DNA from: the human T2T-CHM13v2.0 reference genome, Homo sapiens
Assembly: GCA_009914755.4 (NCBI GenBank)
Contig: CP068257.2
Coordinates: 15,776,001 to 15,840,000, forward strand
Direction of reading: 5' to 3'
DNA length: 64,000 nt
Shown here in pieces: positions 16,766-30,295 of the stretch. How positions within the stretch are numbered: position 1 is the stretch's first letter; each line of letters begins with the position of its first letter. Below the pieces are notes generated by a model. The model did no database searches, was not told where the DNA came from, and was given only the letters and a program-made list of their open reading frames with translations. The position numbers were made by a program, and so were the translations under genes.

Positions 16766-18313
16766 AATCTTTCCTTTATCTAGTCAACTTTGAATGTTAT
16801 GCTTAATTCCTTGAGACCTAGAAATGGAATTCACTGTGTTTGTTTGATCACTGGTGGTTTTCTATAGTGGATCGAGGAATGTTCTCACCTCTTGCCAGAA
16901 TCTTTTAAATAGTCCTGCTCTCTTCTCTGTCAGGTCGCTTCTCTATTCACTCTCATCTACTTTGTGAATCATAAGGCAAATTGTCAATGAATTTGACTAA
17001 AATTTCAAGAAATAAATCAAGGTGAGAAAAGTAAGCTGACAACAGAGTTGAGAATAAAAGGGGAAGTATTTGACTGGGTCTGTTTTGCTTCCCCGCCCAA
17101 AACCATCCCAGACGTTCCTTAAATAGAGCCCACAGTTTGTGGGCTTTCTAATGAATAGTGGCCAAGAGGCAGCCTCACATTTGAGGCATGCTATTACCAT
17201 TTTTTCTTCATTCCCTCTCCTTAATTAGGGTCTTTAAAGGGAGGCTGCCCTCAGATTCTGACAAACAGTATTAGCTTCCTCATAATGCAATGCCTGATCC
17301 TGGAGCTATTTTTCAGGATGGTTTGCACTGAGTCTGTGACATTGTCTATATTTCTAGAATGCAGGAGGAATACCTCAACAGAGAATTAGCTGTGGAGGTT
17401 CTAAAAAGCCTATTCCTGAAGGCCTGAAGAACTGATTTTAATAACCCATAATAATACGGGAGGGAGATAGAGTTGACTAATTTTCAGTTTCACAGTTTGG
17501 CTAATGCCTACAGTAAGATGTATTTTACCTGTACCAAACACACACACACCAAAAAATTCATGAAACAATATTTATCCCTTTTCCATGCAATTCCTTCTAT
17601 TTTCCATTCTAATTTATTTCAGTTTCTAAATGCAAACCTCCACCCACTGAATTGATTCTCTCACACTAAAGAGTGGCAACCCACTGTTTGAAAAGCACTC
17701 AATGGGATGCCCTTTATTTTTCTAACCCTGTAATTCAATATAGAGAGACTCTGAATTGAGGACAAGCCTGATGAGTTTGAGGTATGGAATAAAGGAATCT
17801 GATCGGCTCCGGGTTTGTTGTGTTTTTAAATCTTCCTGTGTGTTCATTCTCTTCACCACAGAGAGGACTCTATTATCTTTGCTCAAAGAGCAGACAGTGC
17901 TCTAGCTGTTTTCCCCTGCTTAGCTTTGATCCCTGCAGCCATGCTCAGCCCTTCCCCCAAGCCCTCCCTTCCAGATGGATTGAGGCTGTTGAGACTCCAG
18001 GGGTGTTCGGGGCTGGGAGCCTGCTGAGTGTTCCCTGTTCCCACCTCCAATCTGCTCCATCCTCCAGCTGCATTTCATTCCGGATCTACCAGGTTAATGG
18101 GATTATCGTTCTTCTCTGTTATTCTGTTATTTCATATAGGGTGAATCAGTTTGTTCCTGGGACAATTTTTAGATGGTTGCTGAGATGACAAAAATGGATG
18201 GGGATTTTATTTTAGGAATAAGTGTTCTTCATCAGCCAGGATTTAATCTGGGAAGAATTTATTCACTCTCAAATGGGTTACTTTTTGAAGTGACTTAAAA
18301 ATAAGATTTTTTT

Positions 18314-18449
18314 GGCTGGGTGTGGTGGCTCACACCTGTAATCCAGCACTTTTGGAATCTGAGGCAGAAGGATTGCTTGAGCCCAGGAATTCAAAACCAG
18401 CCTGGGCAACATATTGAGACCCAGTCTCTATTATTTAAAAAAAAAAAAA
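18314..18449 (+). mobile_element. FLAM / free left Alu monomer with poly-A
   Basis: Reads ggctgggtgtggtggctcacacctgtaatccagcacttttggaatctgaggcagaaggattgcttgagcccaggaattcaaaaccagcctgggcaacatattgagacccagtctctattatttaaaaaaaaaaaaa. There is no right arm. Confidence 0.8.
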
Positions 18450-19101
18450 TTTAAATAAGATTGTTTTATCAGATAAAAGCAAAGCATACCTTAAGGCACA
18501 ACTCATGTTTTAATGCCTATATCATCATCGAATCAACCATACAACATTTTAGCTTCAAATTTTAATTTTGGTTAGAAAGATAAAGTGATAGACTGATTAT
18601 ATCATTTATTTTATTCATTATATTCAACAACATTTGCTCAGTACTTATTGGATACAGAGCACATTTATTGACCTCAAGATATCTAGACCTTTAGAAGGGA
18701 GTTTTTTTTAAATGCCTACAGATAGCCATTATATAAAATAAGATTTTAATAAGTGACTATACACAGTATAGTTCATAGCCTAATCATAGTATCTCCTCCT
18801 TTTCAGAACTTGTAAGAGTGAAAAGAGAAATTACTCATCCCTAGTGTATCTGTTTTTTCAGGACATGAGATTGCCAAATTTCTGTATTCTTCATTTTAAT
18901 TAAATGCATGATTGATTGACTGAATGGATGCTGACTGTCTATTTGGTGCCATGTGCTATAAATGTGATGAAATGATCTTCCTATTGATCTTTCTTTGGTT
19001 TCTTGATGTTTGTCTCAAAAGAATTGACTTCCCAATACCTGGAACGCATGAGGGTGGAGAGAGACTGAAAAATGGAAAGAAAGAGGCATGAAATAAGGCT
19101 A

Positions 19102-19495
<394 letters not shown>

Positions 19496-20149
19496 CTATA
19501 GTAGCTACAATTGAAAAAGTCAAAAGAAACATAAAATTTATTTTTAACAACATATCTTGTACAATCTAATATATCTAAAATATTATCTTTACAATGTGAA
19601 ATCAACATAAAAAACATTAGTGAGATATTTTACATTCTTTCAGGTATTTTTGGACTATTATCTTCAAAACCTGGCATGTATTCTTCACTAACAGCACATC
19701 TCAATTTTGATTAACCATATTTCTTGAGTTCAGTAACCACAAATCACTAGTGGCTGTCATATTGAACAACATAGCCTAGATAAAGAAGCAAAAGTCAAGG
19801 AAAATCTAGATAGTTAATAAATTTCTTTAATATTTAGAGGAAGGGACTCTTACTTCATGGGGTAGGAGGAAACCTGAAAACCAGTTTTCTCTTTCTGCTG
19901 ATGGAGAAATGGGAGTTGCCAACTCAAGATCCACTCCTTTCTCTTCCAGCCTCTCAGACGTGGGGAAATGAGATAGAGCTGGAGCTGAACCTCTCCTACT
20001 TCTCTCCAGCACCCCAGAATTAAATCTGCTCTGAGGAAAATAAAGGCAACTCTACAGTCCTCACATTAGTATCATGACTTGCAGTTGATAAATGCTTTCA
20101 TGTACAATATATCATTGGATATTTAATCATACTGTGACGTGGTCAGTCG

Positions 20150-20262
20150 AAGTATTACTATTCTCACTTTATAGATGAATGATCTGGGCCTCAGGGAGAT
20201 TAAATGGCTTGCTCCAAAGTAGCACAGTTAGTATCCAAGTGTTTTGAAATTTAACCTAGTGT
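20150..20262 (+). mobile_element. MIR (core region)
   Basis: Reads ttctcactttatagatgaatgatctgggcctcagggagattaaatggcttgctccaaagtagcacagttagtatcc. The MIR core reads ttttacagatgaggaaactgaggctcagagaggttaagtgacttgcccaaggtcacacagctagtaagtggc. Confidence 0.5.
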
Positions 20263-23065
20263 ATGTCTCGCTAAACCAGAGCTGCCTGGCAAAAGGAAGT
20301 TAAGAAAATATTTACAGAAGTATGATTTTTTTTTTCTTCTCTGGACACATTTCATCTACTCCACACCCGCCCCCCACAAAAAATAAAAGAAAAGAAAAAA
20401 ACCACTGGTGATCATTTTGCAGAAATAACCTCTTGGCCAATTGAGCTTTTAACTGGGTTTTTGTATTTTTTTTAAGTTGGACCTCATTGTCTAGTGTAGC
20501 AATTTAGAACATCTAATTATTGACAGCAAGTCAGCATATTACAAAGGCAGAGTTTTTGCATTGGCTCTGAAATGTGTTGCAATCATTTTTGTCTGGGAAA
20601 ACAAACAAAAGTGGATAGGCAGCATGGTTGTTACATGAGATGCTGGCTGAGTCCCAGGCCCTAGGACATTGGCTTACCTACCAACAATACCTCCCTTTCA
20701 GGCGATGCCAACTGTTTTATGAGAAGATCACAGTTCTCTGGAAGTGAGCTTTTGTGTTTTGCTCTAATCAGCAGGATCCAACTTTACTACTGTCATGGAG
20801 GGAATTACAGTAATTCTACCAACTTTTGAGGCAACCTTCTTCTGACACTGTGTGAAACAGACTGAAAAGACTCTAAAGATGGAGAGAGCTCAATGCTTGA
20901 GAAAAGGAATTCTGTCCTTTGAAAGGTCTCTAGAACAAAGGGTATGCAATATGTTTATCACTTCAACTTCAGAAACATAATAGGCTCTAGAAACACATTC
21001 TCATTGATCTGTTTCTACTGCTCCTGTTTTTTTTTTTTTCTGCTTCACCCAATCGTCTTCCTATTTTTATCTCTTTCATTCCACTCTGGAGCCATGTTGC
21101 TTGGTCAGGCCACCCTTCAAAATAAATGATTTTTTCCCTCTTTCATGTTATACCTGTTTTCTTAATTCTTGGCTGTTACTTTTCTCAGTTAACCTTTGGC
21201 AAATCATAATGAAATTAAATTTAGCTGGTTGTAGAGAGAAAGAGTCATTGTAGAAGTTGGGATGGTCTGGAAGTGAATTAAAAAGTATTTTGATAGCCCT
21301 CAGAATGTGGACAAAAATAGTAAAAATCCAGCTGGGAGTCAGTGTATCCATTTTATGTCATTTGCAGTAAATTGTTGGGCGTCTCCTTGTAGCTGCCACA
21401 ATAATGCTAATGATGGTGACTTCTTGCTCGAAGTGCTGAGTGTTGAATCCTTTGCCCCAGTTATGTGCCACATACTGATTTCCTTAGCAGTAGACAAATA
21501 CTGGAAACACAAAAGGCAGAAGCCATGTCCTACTAAGCCATTCCCTTTGTCTAGTTTATCACTCAGTTCTGTCTATTCTTTCCTTCCTCTGTGGGAAATG
21601 GGGAGTTCATAAATGGTAATAACAAACTTGCAGAAAAATGTTAAGATAGAAACTTTTGTAGCAGCCAGCATTTTTCTTAGAGGAGGTCAAAGCATAAAGA
21701 AATAAACTGATCAGCCTCTGTTCCTATCTCCCCCAAAAACTCCTTCTCTAGATATCCTACTCTCAGAAACTAGTAATCAGGCATTATGAAAAATTACTTA
21801 ATCCACTGGGCCAATTCATGTAGCTTATCAGCTATCTGCCTTTAGACTGAAAAAAAAAAATAGCCAAATTATTTACTTGCAAATCCAGAAAGTAGGTGAA
21901 GTTCTTTAGCAGTTTAATGTTACTATAACAGTCTAATTCACAGGAGCACACACATTTATAAAATTGTCATCTGCACGAGTTGGCACACCCACATGAGAGA
22001 AATGTCATCCATGACAATGGGGCTATCAGGTCTTTTATAGCATACATTCTACTATAAATTTATAGGGATCAAGGAAAAACTTATCTTTGCCATCTGAAGG
22101 CTTACTGAAAAATCAACTGACAAAAGGCAGATTAATAGGCAAAATGGCCTACAGATGTGTTAGTGAGCATGAGGGAGAATCACAGAATGATTGTCCAATA
22201 TCCCAGTGAGGTACAGATGGTTGTATATACTTCTTAGGGGAAAGACAGATAGAGACGTGTAGATGATTTTTAGGGGATTTCGATGGGCCTGGAGAACATA
22301 CAGTGGCCTGGGATAAAGTCTTTTGGGCCAGCAGAGCAGACAATAGTTTGTGACCAGTCTGTCCAGGCGTGTTGATAGAATTCAGTCTTTCTTCCCATGA
22401 GTTCAGTTAATAAAAACTCAGGGAAGGGGCCAGAAGTAATTGTTTTCTTCATTGTCAGGTCCAAAATGTAGGCAAATAAGGAATTTCAGGGGACAACTTC
22501 ATCCTGCAAGGAGGATTAAGAGACAGGACAGGGAGGAGGTCCAAGAGACCTTGAGGCTTCTTTTTCAGTTCAGCATGTCAAAGTGCCATATTTTGGGGTA
22601 TCCGTTTCTAAGCTCTAACACATTCAAAGTACCTCAAAAGAACCAGATGCTGCTAAGATAGTTCACAGGGAAGATTCTGTCCTCTTCTCTGTATCCTCTA
22701 TTTAAAATTCAAGTGGTTTCTCTTTCTAGGCTACCCCATAACTTTGTTGGTTAAAGGATGTGCTACTCATTTAAAATGTCAAATTACAAAGCCAGAGAAC
22801 TGGCCTACCTGATTCACATACTTTGCCTTTCTCAATCCCTGTAATCTCAGCATCATACATTCTATCTTTTCAACGTGCATATTAAAAGGTATCTTAAAGA
22901 CTATCTTACTCGGACTGAAACGCAAGAGTATCTGCGAACACTGATTCAGCTTGCAAAATACATAGAAAAGTAGCAAGAAAAATGATGTAACATCCCATGT
23001 AGTCGGCATACTGGCCTAGTTTCAAGACCGAAAGCAGTCTGAAAATGTCTGAAAAGAGTCGGAAA

Positions 23066-23066
<1 letters not shown>

Positions 23067-23116
<50 letters not shown>
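23067..23116 (+). repeat. (GT)n/(TG)n dinucleotide microsatellite, about 25 units
   Basis: Reads tgtgtgtg... x25. Confidence 0.97.
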
Positions 23117-23119
<3 letters not shown>

Positions 23120-23147
23120 CCATGCCTAACAGCTCATGTTTAGCTTT

Positions 23148-23770
23148 CTTTTTTTTTTCCTTTTCTTCTTTTTTATACAGAGTCTTATTCTGTCACCTAG
23201 GCTGGAGTACAGTGGTGCAATCACAGCTCACTGCAGCCTCGATCTCCTGGACTCAACTAATCCTCCTGCCTCAGCCTTCTGGGTAGTTGAGACTACAGGT
23301 ACATGCCACCACAGTCCCCTAATCTTTTAATTTTTATTTTTAGTAGAGATGAGGTCTCACTATGTTGCCGAGGCTGGTCTTTTTTTTTTTTTTTTTTTTG
23401 AGACAGAGTCTTGCTGTGTTGCCCAGGCTGGAGTGCAGTGGCTTGATCTCGGCTCACTGCAACCTCCGCCTCCTGGGTTCAAGCAATTCTCTGCCTCACC
23501 TCCTGAGTAGCTGGGATTACAAGCACCTGCCACCACAGCTGGCTAATTTTTTTTGTATTTTTAGTAGAGACAGGGTTTCACCATCTTGGCCAGGCTGGTC
23601 TTGAACTCCTGACCTTGTGATCCACCCACCTCGGCCTCCCAAAGTGCTGGGATTACAGGCATGAGCCACCGTGCCCGGCCACCCAGGCTGGTCTTGAACT
23701 TCTGGCCTCAAGCAATCCTCTCGCCTCAGCCTTCCAAAGTGCTGAGATTACAGGCATGAGCCACCCAGCC
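23148..23770 (-). mobile_element. Alu (antisense, outer element), split by a nested Alu
   Basis: Part 1, about 23148-23379: poly-T ...atacagagtcttattctgtcacctaggctggagtacagtggtgcaatcacagctcactgcagcctcgatctcc...tagtagagatgaggtctcactatgttgccgaggctggtc. Part 2, about 23681-23770: acccaggctggtcttgaacttctggcctcaagcaatcctctcgcctcagccttccaaagtgctgagattacaggcatgagccacccagcc. Outer target-site duplication is roughly tcaYgtttRgctttc. Confidence 0.88.
23380..23680 (-). mobile_element. Alu (antisense, full length) nested inside the outer Alu; target-site duplication about CAGGCTGGTC
   Basis: Poly-T of 22, then gagacagagtcttgctgtgttgcccaggctggagtgcagtggcttgatctcggctcactgcaacctccgcctcctggg...gattacaggcatgagccaccgtgcccggcc. 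Confidence 0.92.
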
Positions 23771-23799
23771 CACTCACGTTTGGCTTTCTTTTTCCTGTT

Positions 23800-24230
23800 T
23801 TTTTTAAACTTCAACTTTTATTTCAGATACAGAGGTAGACGTGCTGGTTAGTTGCATGGGAATATTGCATGATGCTGAGGTTTGGGGTTCGAATTCCATC
23901 ACCCAGGTAGTAAGCATACCACAACATAGGTTTTTCAACCCTCCCACTCCCCACCTTGTAATAGTCTGTAGTGTCTTTTCCCATATTTATGTCCACGTGT
24001 GATTAGCTTTTCCCATATTTATGTCCATGTGTGATTAGCTAGGTCACTTCCCAGAATGTTATATACCCACACACATTGAGAAAGTTTTTGGCACTGGAAT
24101 TGCCCTGGGTGATTGTGTTGGAACAGGTGCCAAAACAGTAACGTTCTTACCTGAAACACTGCTGGGGTTTGCAGGAAGGCACTGATCCACCCTTCCTACA
24201 GCTTGTTCATGCCAAAAAATACAAGGAAAG
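23800..24230 (-). mobile_element. L1 3'-terminal region (antisense), old family
   Basis: Reads ttttttaaacttcaacttttatttcagatacagaggtagacgtgctggttagttgcatgggaatattgcatgatgctgaggtttggggttcgaattccatcacccaggtagtaagcataccacaacataggtttttcaaccctcccactccccacc. This resembles the antisense L1 3' end (ttttattttaggttcaggg..tacatgtgcaggtttgttacataggtaa...atcacccaggtaataagcatagtacccaataggtagtttttcaatcctc). Confidence 0.5.
23985..24048 (+). repeat. Perfect tandem duplication, 2 x 32 bp, one mismatch
   Basis: Reads cttttcccatatttatgtccacgtgtgattag immediately followed by cttttcccatatttatgtccatgtgtgattag. Confidence 0.95.
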
Positions 24231-24291
24231 CTGCAGCTCCCCGAAGGAGAGGGAGAGAAACTCTTGCCTCTTTTTAAATGAGTAGACTAAG

Positions 24292-24593
<302 letters not shown>

Positions 24594-24898
24594 CTAAGAT
24601 GAAGGGAAAACATAACACAAATATTTTTCAAGGAGTAGTAAGATATTAGAGCCCTAAAAGATTTGATGGGCACATTTGTCTTGCTTGTTTCACCCTCATC
24701 ATCATCATACGAGTTTATTTCATTTAAAAAACAGAAAACATAGAGAAGCATAGAAAGCATTCCAATCCCCCATAATTCCGCCTCCTAAACATGCATACAT
24801 TTATAGACTACGGTTCCATGGGACCTGATATATATGGTACCTGATACACATGGATAAATTTTTCCTACCAAAATATCATAAATTATATTGTGTTGTAG

Positions 24899-25315
<417 letters not shown>

Positions 25316-25430
25316 TAGTATTCTCTTAAGTGGATGTATTATAAGTTATTTAACTAATACCCTATGATTGATTGCTTGAATTCTTTTCAACTTCTATAAT
25401 TATAATTAATTCTACAATAAACAGCCTTCT

Positions 25431-25748
<318 letters not shown>

Positions 25749-26399
25749 AACCCAGATTTCAGGTGTCTCCTAATTTGAGGGACCAGGAGGGAACACCAAG
25801 ACCATATATAGCTGCATTTGTGTTCATCCCTTACCTTATGACTACCAGGATACGTGAACTCAGCCTGTCTTTGAAGCTCTTAAATAATCCTCTAATGTAA
25901 AAACCTCAGTGAACATGTAAACATCACCGGAGTTTTCATAGAGAAGGTGGAAAACAGGTTTTGCAAAACACATCTCACAGAAAAAAATCCCTCATAGACA
26001 TGTCTGTTCTTACTCATTATCTGTTATATCTGGGACTGGGGTAGAGGGTGGCTGGCAAACAAATCAGTTCTTCTGTTCAACTTGCTTCCTCAAACTTGCC
26101 TTGATGCTCAGCCAAACAAAGGGCCCTCCAGTTAGCAGAAATTGCCCTCCTCAGAAGAAAATTTAGCAATCATCTAAACTTGTTTTAAACATGCCCTTTG
26201 AGATATCACGCCCAGCTCCAGCAGTTTGTATTAGAGTATTTCTTCAGATCCTTGTCTGTTAAATCCTTCAAGAGTGTTAACTTTTCTTCACCTAGTTTCT
26301 GCCCATTTCTTGTCAATTTTCTTTCTAGTTTTTTTTTCTTATCTTTCTTTCTGTTTTTTGTTTGTTTGTTTGTTTTGGTTTTGGTTTTGGGTTTTTTTC

Positions 26400-26514
26400 G
26401 AGACAGTCTTGTGCTATATTGCCCAAGCTGATCTCAAACTCCTGAGCTAGGGCAATCCTCCCACCTCAGCCTCCTGAGTAGCTGGGATTACAGATGTGTG
26501 GCATCATGCTCAGC
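26400..26514 (-). mobile_element. FLAM / free left Alu monomer (antisense), with a long T-rich tail at 26335-26399
   Basis: Reads cgagacagtcttgtgctatattgcccaagctgatctcaaactcctgagctagggcaatcctcccacctcagcctcctgagtagctgggattacagatgtgtggcatcatgctcagc. Confidence 0.75.
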
Positions 26515-27221
26515 TCTTTTTCTAATAATTTTTTCTTCTCTGGTTGCTACTGCAGTTGGTAACTTTACTCCACTATATTATCTAATCAAGCCTTCTTTAT
26601 ATAAAGAAAAACTATTGATTTAGATACTTTTGTGTGTGTGAAGTCAACTAGCTTACTGATTTATCTCATTGTTTCTTCTGTTTTAATTGATATATTATTA
26701 TCTGCAAACAATAATTGTGTCTCTTCTTTCAAGTATTCATACCTCTTACTACTTTCTCACGTGTAATTACATTGAGTAATTACATTGAGTAGTACCACTA
26801 AATTAGGAGTACTAGTAGTGATGATGGACTTCTTTGCCTTCCATTGCAAAATCTTTTAATGCTTCCATGAAAAACGATACTGGCTTTGACATATAGTTTA
26901 AACATATACACACATACACACGCAATTTTAATTTCAAAGACTTTACATTTATTCCTATTTAGTGATGGTTTAAGTTCCTTATCTGTATATTTGCTTTGTT
27001 TGCTTTTATTTTTAAACTAGGAAGAAATATTGGATTTGTCAAAGTCCTTTGAGATACCAGTCTACTGATCCATACTAAATTTGAATTATCTTCTTTTTAA
27101 ACACTTAAATAAACTTAGACATGTTTATGGGCTGTTCATTCTATTGTACTGATCTACAAGTCATTTCTAACACCAATAAAGTGCAGGTCTATTTATTGAA
27201 CATTTTAACATATTATAATAG

Positions 27222-27565
<344 letters not shown>

Positions 27566-27599
27566 TCCTTCTATTTTTCTAATCTTTAAGGTTTTCTAG

Positions 27600-27750
27600 G
27601 TAGGGCATGGTGGCTGTAATCCCAGCACTTTGGGAGGCCAAGGTGGAAGAATCGCTTGAGCTCAGGAGTTTGGGACCACCCTGAGCAACATAGTGAGACC
27701 CCATCTCATAAAAAATAAAGATAAAATAAAATAATAAAATTAATTAATTT
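27600..27750 (+). mobile_element. FLAM-like Alu left monomer (with deletion) plus A-rich tail
   Basis: Reads agggcatggtggctgtaatcccagcactttgggaggccaaggtggaagaatcgcttgagctcaggagtttgggaccaccctgagcaacatagtgagaccccatctcataaaaaataaag... Confidence 0.75.
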
Positions 27751-28394
27751 GAAAAATATTTTCTTGCTTCATGTGTCTTAATATTCTAACCATTATTATA
27801 TTACTATCATGTAGACAGGCAAAATTAATAAGATAGTTAGAAAATAATACAAAATAATTTGGGGCACTTTTATTTAAAAATTAAAATGCATCCAGTACCA
27901 TAAATTCCAGGAGAGGCAGAAATCAATATGAGCTTAATGAGTGATGAAAATTACCACAGATTTATTTTTTGCAGATACAGAAGATGAGAGAGAGAAAAAG
28001 AGAGAAATTACAGAGTGACGGAGAAGGCAGACATCATGCAACATGCTCAAGGGCTATTCATTTTAAGCTGAAACATACATGTGTAGAAAGCATCCTTGTA
28101 CTTATAATCCCAATGACTATGAAGAAAAATAATTTAGCCAAATAGTTCCTAGAACAGGAAAAATAAGGAATTATATTTTGAGATAAGAAGTTAAGCTCTA
28201 GTATAACAATGATATGGGTCAAAGAAAAATGAAAACAAATTTTAAAAACGTTGCAACATGAATAAAAGTTTCACCAAATCGGGAGTCTATTATAAGCATG
28301 TTTTGAGTTATTTTCTTTCCCAAAGACTTCATTTTTGTTTCAATTTATTTCAGTAGTATACACTTCTGAAAATATTTAACTAATGTCGTACTGG

Positions 28395-29110
28395 TTCTCG
28401 TAAAAGGTGAGGTGGAGCAATTCCATTAAGCTATAGTGAGGTGAAGAGAGAATATCTGGTGAATGAATTTGAAATAAGCTCCTTCGCGATATGCCCCTTC
28501 CATAACCTCTGTATCCTTGTCATCCCAAACTGCCCACATTTCGCTGAACTCCTTGCACTTCTCAGAGGACATCTTACCTGTCAACCCACGGTATCAGTTG
28601 GCTGGGGGAGGTCCCCAAATACTGGTGAGACCCTGACCCCTGCTAATGTCCAGGCACCTGACACCGATATAGAAGGAATCCAAAGACGACGAGTCAGAAA
28701 ACAGTGACTGTATGAAGATTTACTGCAAAGTGAATCTCCACGGAAGTGCAGTTCACGCCTACTCAAGAGAGAGACACTCCCAGAGGGGCTTGGGGCTGCT
28801 ATCTTTATGGGTTTCTTTAGCCAAAGGGTGAAATATTCATGAAGATTTCTGGAAAAAAGGTGAAGATTTCTTGGAACTGTGGTGCCACCCATTTTTACAC
28901 CAAATATGGGTGTTCCCAGAAGTGTCATGGCATTGGTGGGTATGTAATTTAGTATGTTAATGAATGTACAGTGAAGTCCTCATGAGACCTAGGTGAAATC
29001 CAGCACCATGTTGGGTCCAGTCAGCCTCAGCCAGCTTGGTCTACACCCTGGTTTGCAAAGTATCAGCCCCTAGTTTATGCAGCTATTTCAACAGTTTCCT
29101 TTTTGCTAGT
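28395..29110 (+). mobile_element. Possible solitary ERV (class I-like) LTR; unusually CpG-retaining
   Basis: Motifs ...gatttactgcaaagtgaatctccacggaagtgcagttcacgcctactcaagagagagacactcccagaggggcttggggctgc...gggtttctttagccaaagggtgaa...gtgtcatggcattggtgggtatgtaatttagtatg...ccagtcagcctcagccagcttggtctacaccctggtttgcaaag. These resemble ERV LTRs carrying tttattgcaaag / ggccaaagggtg / gtgtcatggcattggtggg modules. The family is not identified. Confidence 0.35.
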
Positions 29111-29695
29111 CATGTGAAACTGCTGCCTAGAATTTTCTATTCTCCTACCACCACCCTGTATTATTCCTGTCTCACTACCCTTCAACTTCCACCCCCTTTT
29201 CCTCTAGATACTTGTATAGTACTCTTCAGACATAGGAGTGTGGAAATCGTCCCCTGCGTCCCAGTCTGAGACAGGTAGTTCTTTTTTTTGCCATCGCATC
29301 TCATGCACGCCTCTCTGAATCACTGGTTTTCTTGACTGTCTCCCTCAGCAGAGACACCACGGAAGGCATCTTAATTGTACATTCAGCATTTAGCATATGG
29401 AAGCATTAAAGATGTTATGCAAAAAACATAAGCTTCTTTTTTAACTTCTTAAGAAATGTGGGCTCAAGCTCTGCTCCCTACTGTATTTATTTTTCTTAAT
29501 ACCCTTGTGGTTAAAATGTCACATAACGATGTCACATAATCTCACTAATATCATATGTTATGGGTATGATATTAATAGTCATATTCAAACTGTTAATGAA
29601 TCACATCAAGAAAGCCCGTCTCCTTTAGTGTCTTATAAAAATTATAGAGGAAAAACAGTGCAAGTCAGTAAGTATAATATTAAGGGGCCGGGTGT

Positions 29696-29989
29696 GGTGG
29701 CTCACGCCTATAATCCCAGCACTTTGGAAGGCCGAGGCCAGCGAATCATGTGAGGTTAAGAGTTCGAGACCAGCCTAACATACTGAAACCCCATCTCTAT
29801 TAAAAATACAAAAATCAGCCAGGCGTAGTGGCGGGCGCCTGTAATCCCAGCTACTCGGGAGGATGAGGAGGAGAATCGCTTGAACCCGGGAGGCAGAGGT
29901 TGCAGAGGTTGCAGTGAGCTGAGATCGCGCCATTGCACTCCAGCCCGTCTGACAGAGCAAGAATATGTAAAAAAAAAAAAAAAAAAAAA
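29696..29989 (+). mobile_element. Alu with 21-nt poly-A
   Basis: Starts ggccgggtgtggtggctcacgcctataatcccagcactttggaaggccgaggccagcgaatcatgtgaggt and ends ...ccagcccgtctgacagagcaagaatatgtaaaaaaaaaaaaaaaaaaaa. Contains an internal ttgcagaggttgcag tandem duplication. Confidence 0.9.
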
Positions 29990-30003
29990 GAATAAGGGAA
30001 TCA

Positions 30004-30141
30004 ACCAGGCTCAGTGGCTCATGACTGAAATCCCAATACTTTGAGAGGCTGAGGCAGGAGGATCACTTGAGCCCAGAAGTTTGATCCCAATCTGGGCAAC
30101 ACAGGGAGATCCCCGTCTCTACAAAAATTTTTTTAAAAAAA
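30004..30141 (+). mobile_element. FLAM / free left Alu monomer flanked by a 15-bp target-site duplication AGAATAAGGGAATCA
   Basis: Reads aaccaggctcagtggctcatgactgaaatcccaatactttgagaggctgaggcaggaggatcacttgagcccagaagtttgatcccaatctgggcaacacagggagatccccgtctctacaaaaatttttttaaaaaaag. Flanked by agaataagggaatca at about 29989-30003 and 30142-30156. Confidence 0.85.
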
Positions 30142-30295
30142 GAGAATAAGGGAATCATAAAGTTGGAAAGGTAGGTGAAAATCATTCTTCCTGTGGTTCC
30201 TAACTCTGGCTGAGCTTTTAATAAAATGCCAACAACGCCCAGGTCTTATGCTAAGAAAATTTGATTACACTTGTCTTATGTGGTGAAGGAGTAGC

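Noticed and set aside
17820-18188. 122-aa ORF in non-repeat sequence (plus strand), a possible exon
   Set aside because: The composition is Ser, Pro, Leu and Cys-rich and of low complexity (MFLNLPVCSFSSPQRGLYYLCSKSRQCSSCFPLL...). I recognise no domain-like motif. There is no Kozak or splice context I can verify, so it is probably a chance ORF in unique intronic or intergenic DNA. A BLASTX would settle it.
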